A DNA stretch of 64,000 nucleotides, taken from the NCBI GenBank assembly GCA_963823665.1, contig CAWGMQ010000004.1, positions 1,440,001 through 1,504,000 of the forward strand, read 5' to 3'. Shown here one piece after another: positions 62,101-64,000 of this stretch. The translations under genes and the position numbers were made by a program. The stretch comes from an uncultured Planctomycetota bacterium (GTDB lineage: Bacteria; Planctomycetota; Planctomycetia; Isosphaerales; Isosphaeraceae). The notes under the pieces are model-generated. The model was not told where the DNA came from and did no database searches. It saw nothing but the letters and a program-made list of their open reading frames with translations. Position 1 is the first letter of the stretch, and each line of letters opens with the position of its first letter.

Positions 62101-63639
62101 ATGCCGAATTCCTTGATCGAATTGTATTTCAAGAACCATGATCTCAAGAGCGTCGCACCCGGTTTTTTGGCCTATCTGGCCAATCTCGAATGTGTGCGCC
62201 AGGTTGCACCCGAAGCGGCGAGGGCCATTGTCGCCGAGCTTGCCGATCAGCGCAGCAACATCAAGATGATCGCCAGCGAGAACTTTTCTTCGCTCGCGAC
62301 GCAGTGCGCCATGGCGAATTTGCTCACCGACAAGTATGCCGAGGGAATTCCTCATCACCGGTTCTACGCGGGGTGTGACAACGTCGACTCGATCGAAGAT
62401 CTGGCCAACGCCCGCGCCAAGGAGCTGTTCGGTGCGGCCCACGCGTATGCCCAGCCGCATAGTGGCGCGGATGCCAACCTGGTGGCTTTCTGGGCGGTCT
62501 TGCGGGCCAGGGTCGAGCTGCCCGCGATTGTGAAGGCCGCCGGCGTGGAGAGTGCCGAGAAGCTCACACCCGCCGATTGGTACAAGCTGTCGCTCGAGCA
62601 GTGGCGGGAGATCCGCCAGGCACTGGGGAACCAGCGATTGCTTGGCATGGACCTTTCCTCAGGCGGCCATCTCAGCCACGGCTATCGGCTGAATGTTTCA
62701 GGGAAGATGTTCGAGGCTCATGGGTACACGGTTGACCGCAGCACGTATTTGCTCAACTACGAGGAGATCGAGCGCCAGGCACTCGACCTCAAGCCGCTGA
62801 TCCTGCTGGCCGGTTTCAGCGCCTATCCGCGCAACATCAACTATGCGCGGATGCGCGCGATCGCGGATCGGGCTGGGGCGCTACTCATGGTCGACATGGC
62901 CCACTTTGCCGGGCTGGTCGCGGGCAAGGTTCTTCAAGGTGACTTCGATCCGATTCCACACGCTCAGATCGTGACCACCACCACCCATAAGACCCTGCGC
63001 GGGCCGCGAGGTGGGCTGGTGCTTTGCAACCCGGAACTGGCAGACCATGTCGACCGCGGCTGCCCGCTGGTGCTGGGCGGGCCACTGCCGCATGTGATGG
63101 CGGCGAAGACCGTGGCCTTCACCGAAGCCCTGCGGCCCGAATTCAAAACGTACGCACAAGGCATTGTCGAAAACGCCAGGGCACTGGGCGAAGCGTTTGT
63201 GGGGCAGGGGCTCAAAGTCCTCACCGGTGGGACCGAGAACCACTTGCTCGTGCTGGACGTTGCGTCGACGCACGGGATCACGGGCCGCCAGGCCGAGGAT
63301 GCGGTGCGGAAATGCGGGATCACGCTCAATCGCAATCCGATTCCGTTCGACCAGAACGGGCCGTGGTACACGAGCGGCTTGCGGTTTGGAGCGGCGGCCG
63401 TGACCACGCTGGGGATGGGCACGGCCGAGATGAACGAGATTGCTTCCATCGTCGCGCTGGTGCTCAAGCATATCAAACCGTCGACGACGCGTTCGGGAGG
63501 GATCGATAAGAGCAAGTACACGCTCGATGAGACGGTTCGGAGCCAGGCGCATGCGCGGGCGAGTGATTTGCTGAAGTCTTATCCGCTTTATCCTGAGATT
63601 GATTTGGCGTTTTTGGTGGATTCGTTGGCGAAGCCCTGA
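62101..63639 (+). CDS. glyA: Serine hydroxymethyltransferase (long form)
   Basis: MIASENF, KYAEG, RFYAGC, QPHSGADAN, GGHLSHG, DMAHFAGLVA, TTTTHKTLRGPRGG. Confidence 0.98.
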   Translation: MPNSLIELYFKNHDLKSVAPGFLAYLANLECVRQVAPEAARAIVAELADQRSNIKMIASENFSSLATQCAMANLLTDKYAEGIPHHRFYAGCDNVDSIEDLANARAKELFGAAHAYAQPHSGADANLVAFWAVLRARVELPAIVKAAGVESAEKLTPADWYKLSLEQWREIRQALGNQRLLGMDLSSGGHLSHGYRLNVSGKMFEAHGYTVDRSTYLLNYEEIERQALDLKPLILLAGFSAYPRNINYARMRAIADRAGALLMVDMAHFAGLVAGKVLQGDFDPIPHAQIVTTTTHKTLRGPRGGLVLCNPELADHVDRGCPLVLGGPLPHVMAAKTVAFTEALRPEFKTYAQGIVENARALGEAFVGQGLKVLTGGTENHLLVLDVASTHGITGRQAEDAVRKCGITLNRNPIPFDQNGPWYTSGLRFGAAAVTTLGMGTAEMNEIASIVALVLKHIKPSTTRSGGIDKSKYTLDETVRSQAHARASDLLKSYPLYPEIDLAFLVDSLAKP

Positions 63640-63652
63640 GGGTCGGGCTGTT

Positions 63653-63943
63653 ATGCCGAACAAGCGCCGGTCGATGAATCTGCTCCATGAGGAAGAGGCC
63701 TTCCTGCGGCGGTGGATGTATGACGAAGTTCATTTCCAGGGCGGGCTAGGGCCGGCGAAGAGATTGCAGCTCGAGCATCGGGTCGTCTCCGCGGATCTTG
63801 CGATACTCATCGCCGCGGCAATCCCTGACATCAGAGAGCAGGAGGCAGCAGGGTTGGAGCCATCCGCGGAGCCTTTGTCGTGGCCGTGGTCCCAAGAATC
63901 GCTGAGCGCACGGATCGCCGAAGCTCGAACCTTGCTCGCCTAA
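63653..63943 (+). CDS. Hypothetical protein
   Basis: ORF directly after glyA with a protein-like sequence (EEEAFLRRWMYDEVHF...WPWS). Confidence 0.6.
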   Translation: MPNKRRSMNLLHEEEAFLRRWMYDEVHFQGGLGPAKRLQLEHRVVSADLAILIAAAIPDIREQEAAGLEPSAEPLSWPWSQESLSARIAEARTLLA

Positions 63944-64000
63944 CCGATCCGAGGAGTTGTTTTCGGTCATTGTCTGGCGATCAAACATGAGATCTAAACA

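Noticed and set aside
1..64000. tRNA, rRNA, tmRNA, RNase P, SRP RNA, CRISPR arrays, transposases, integrases
   Set aside because: No diagnostic signatures were recognised by eye. A tRNAscan/Infernal run would be needed to exclude them formally.

Overview
GC-rich bacterial chromosomal window with a planctomycete-like gene set (inference: Planctomycetota, probably Isosphaeraceae-like). The evidence is two membrane-anchored ECF sigma factors with long C-terminal extensions, a DUF1559 prepilin-like protein, a PEP-CTERM protein, LRR, Uma2, ThuA and DUF1080 proteins, and a long-form glyA. Housekeeping genes include rpsA, accA, glyA, an extra sigma70, mlaE/F/D and a YrdC-LMW phosphatase fusion. There is also an RND efflux / two-component / DUF190 / TolC cluster and several secreted glycoside hydrolases. 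About 15 genes, including the normally essential accA, are split by single-base indels, so most frameshifts are read as sequencing or consensus errors. No rRNA, tRNA, CRISPR array, transposase or integrase was recognised. Best leads: (1) a promoter plus a 3'-truncated fluoride riboswitch fused to the last helix of a deleted crcB, ahead of a double DUF190 gene; (2) a translationally coupled pair of unannotated, mutually paralogous helical proteins behind a palindrome-containing promoter and structured leader; (3) a Cys/Met-rich two-repeat metallothionein-like protein; (4) a hidden 29-aa Arg/Lys-rich protein with its own promoter and SD; (5) an ECF sigma factor with an in-frame loss of region 4; (6) a YrdC domain lacking its catalytic motifs fused to a YwlE-type phosphatase; (7) three toxin-less antitoxins and other deletion scars. 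All family calls come from motif recognition by eye; no database search was run.
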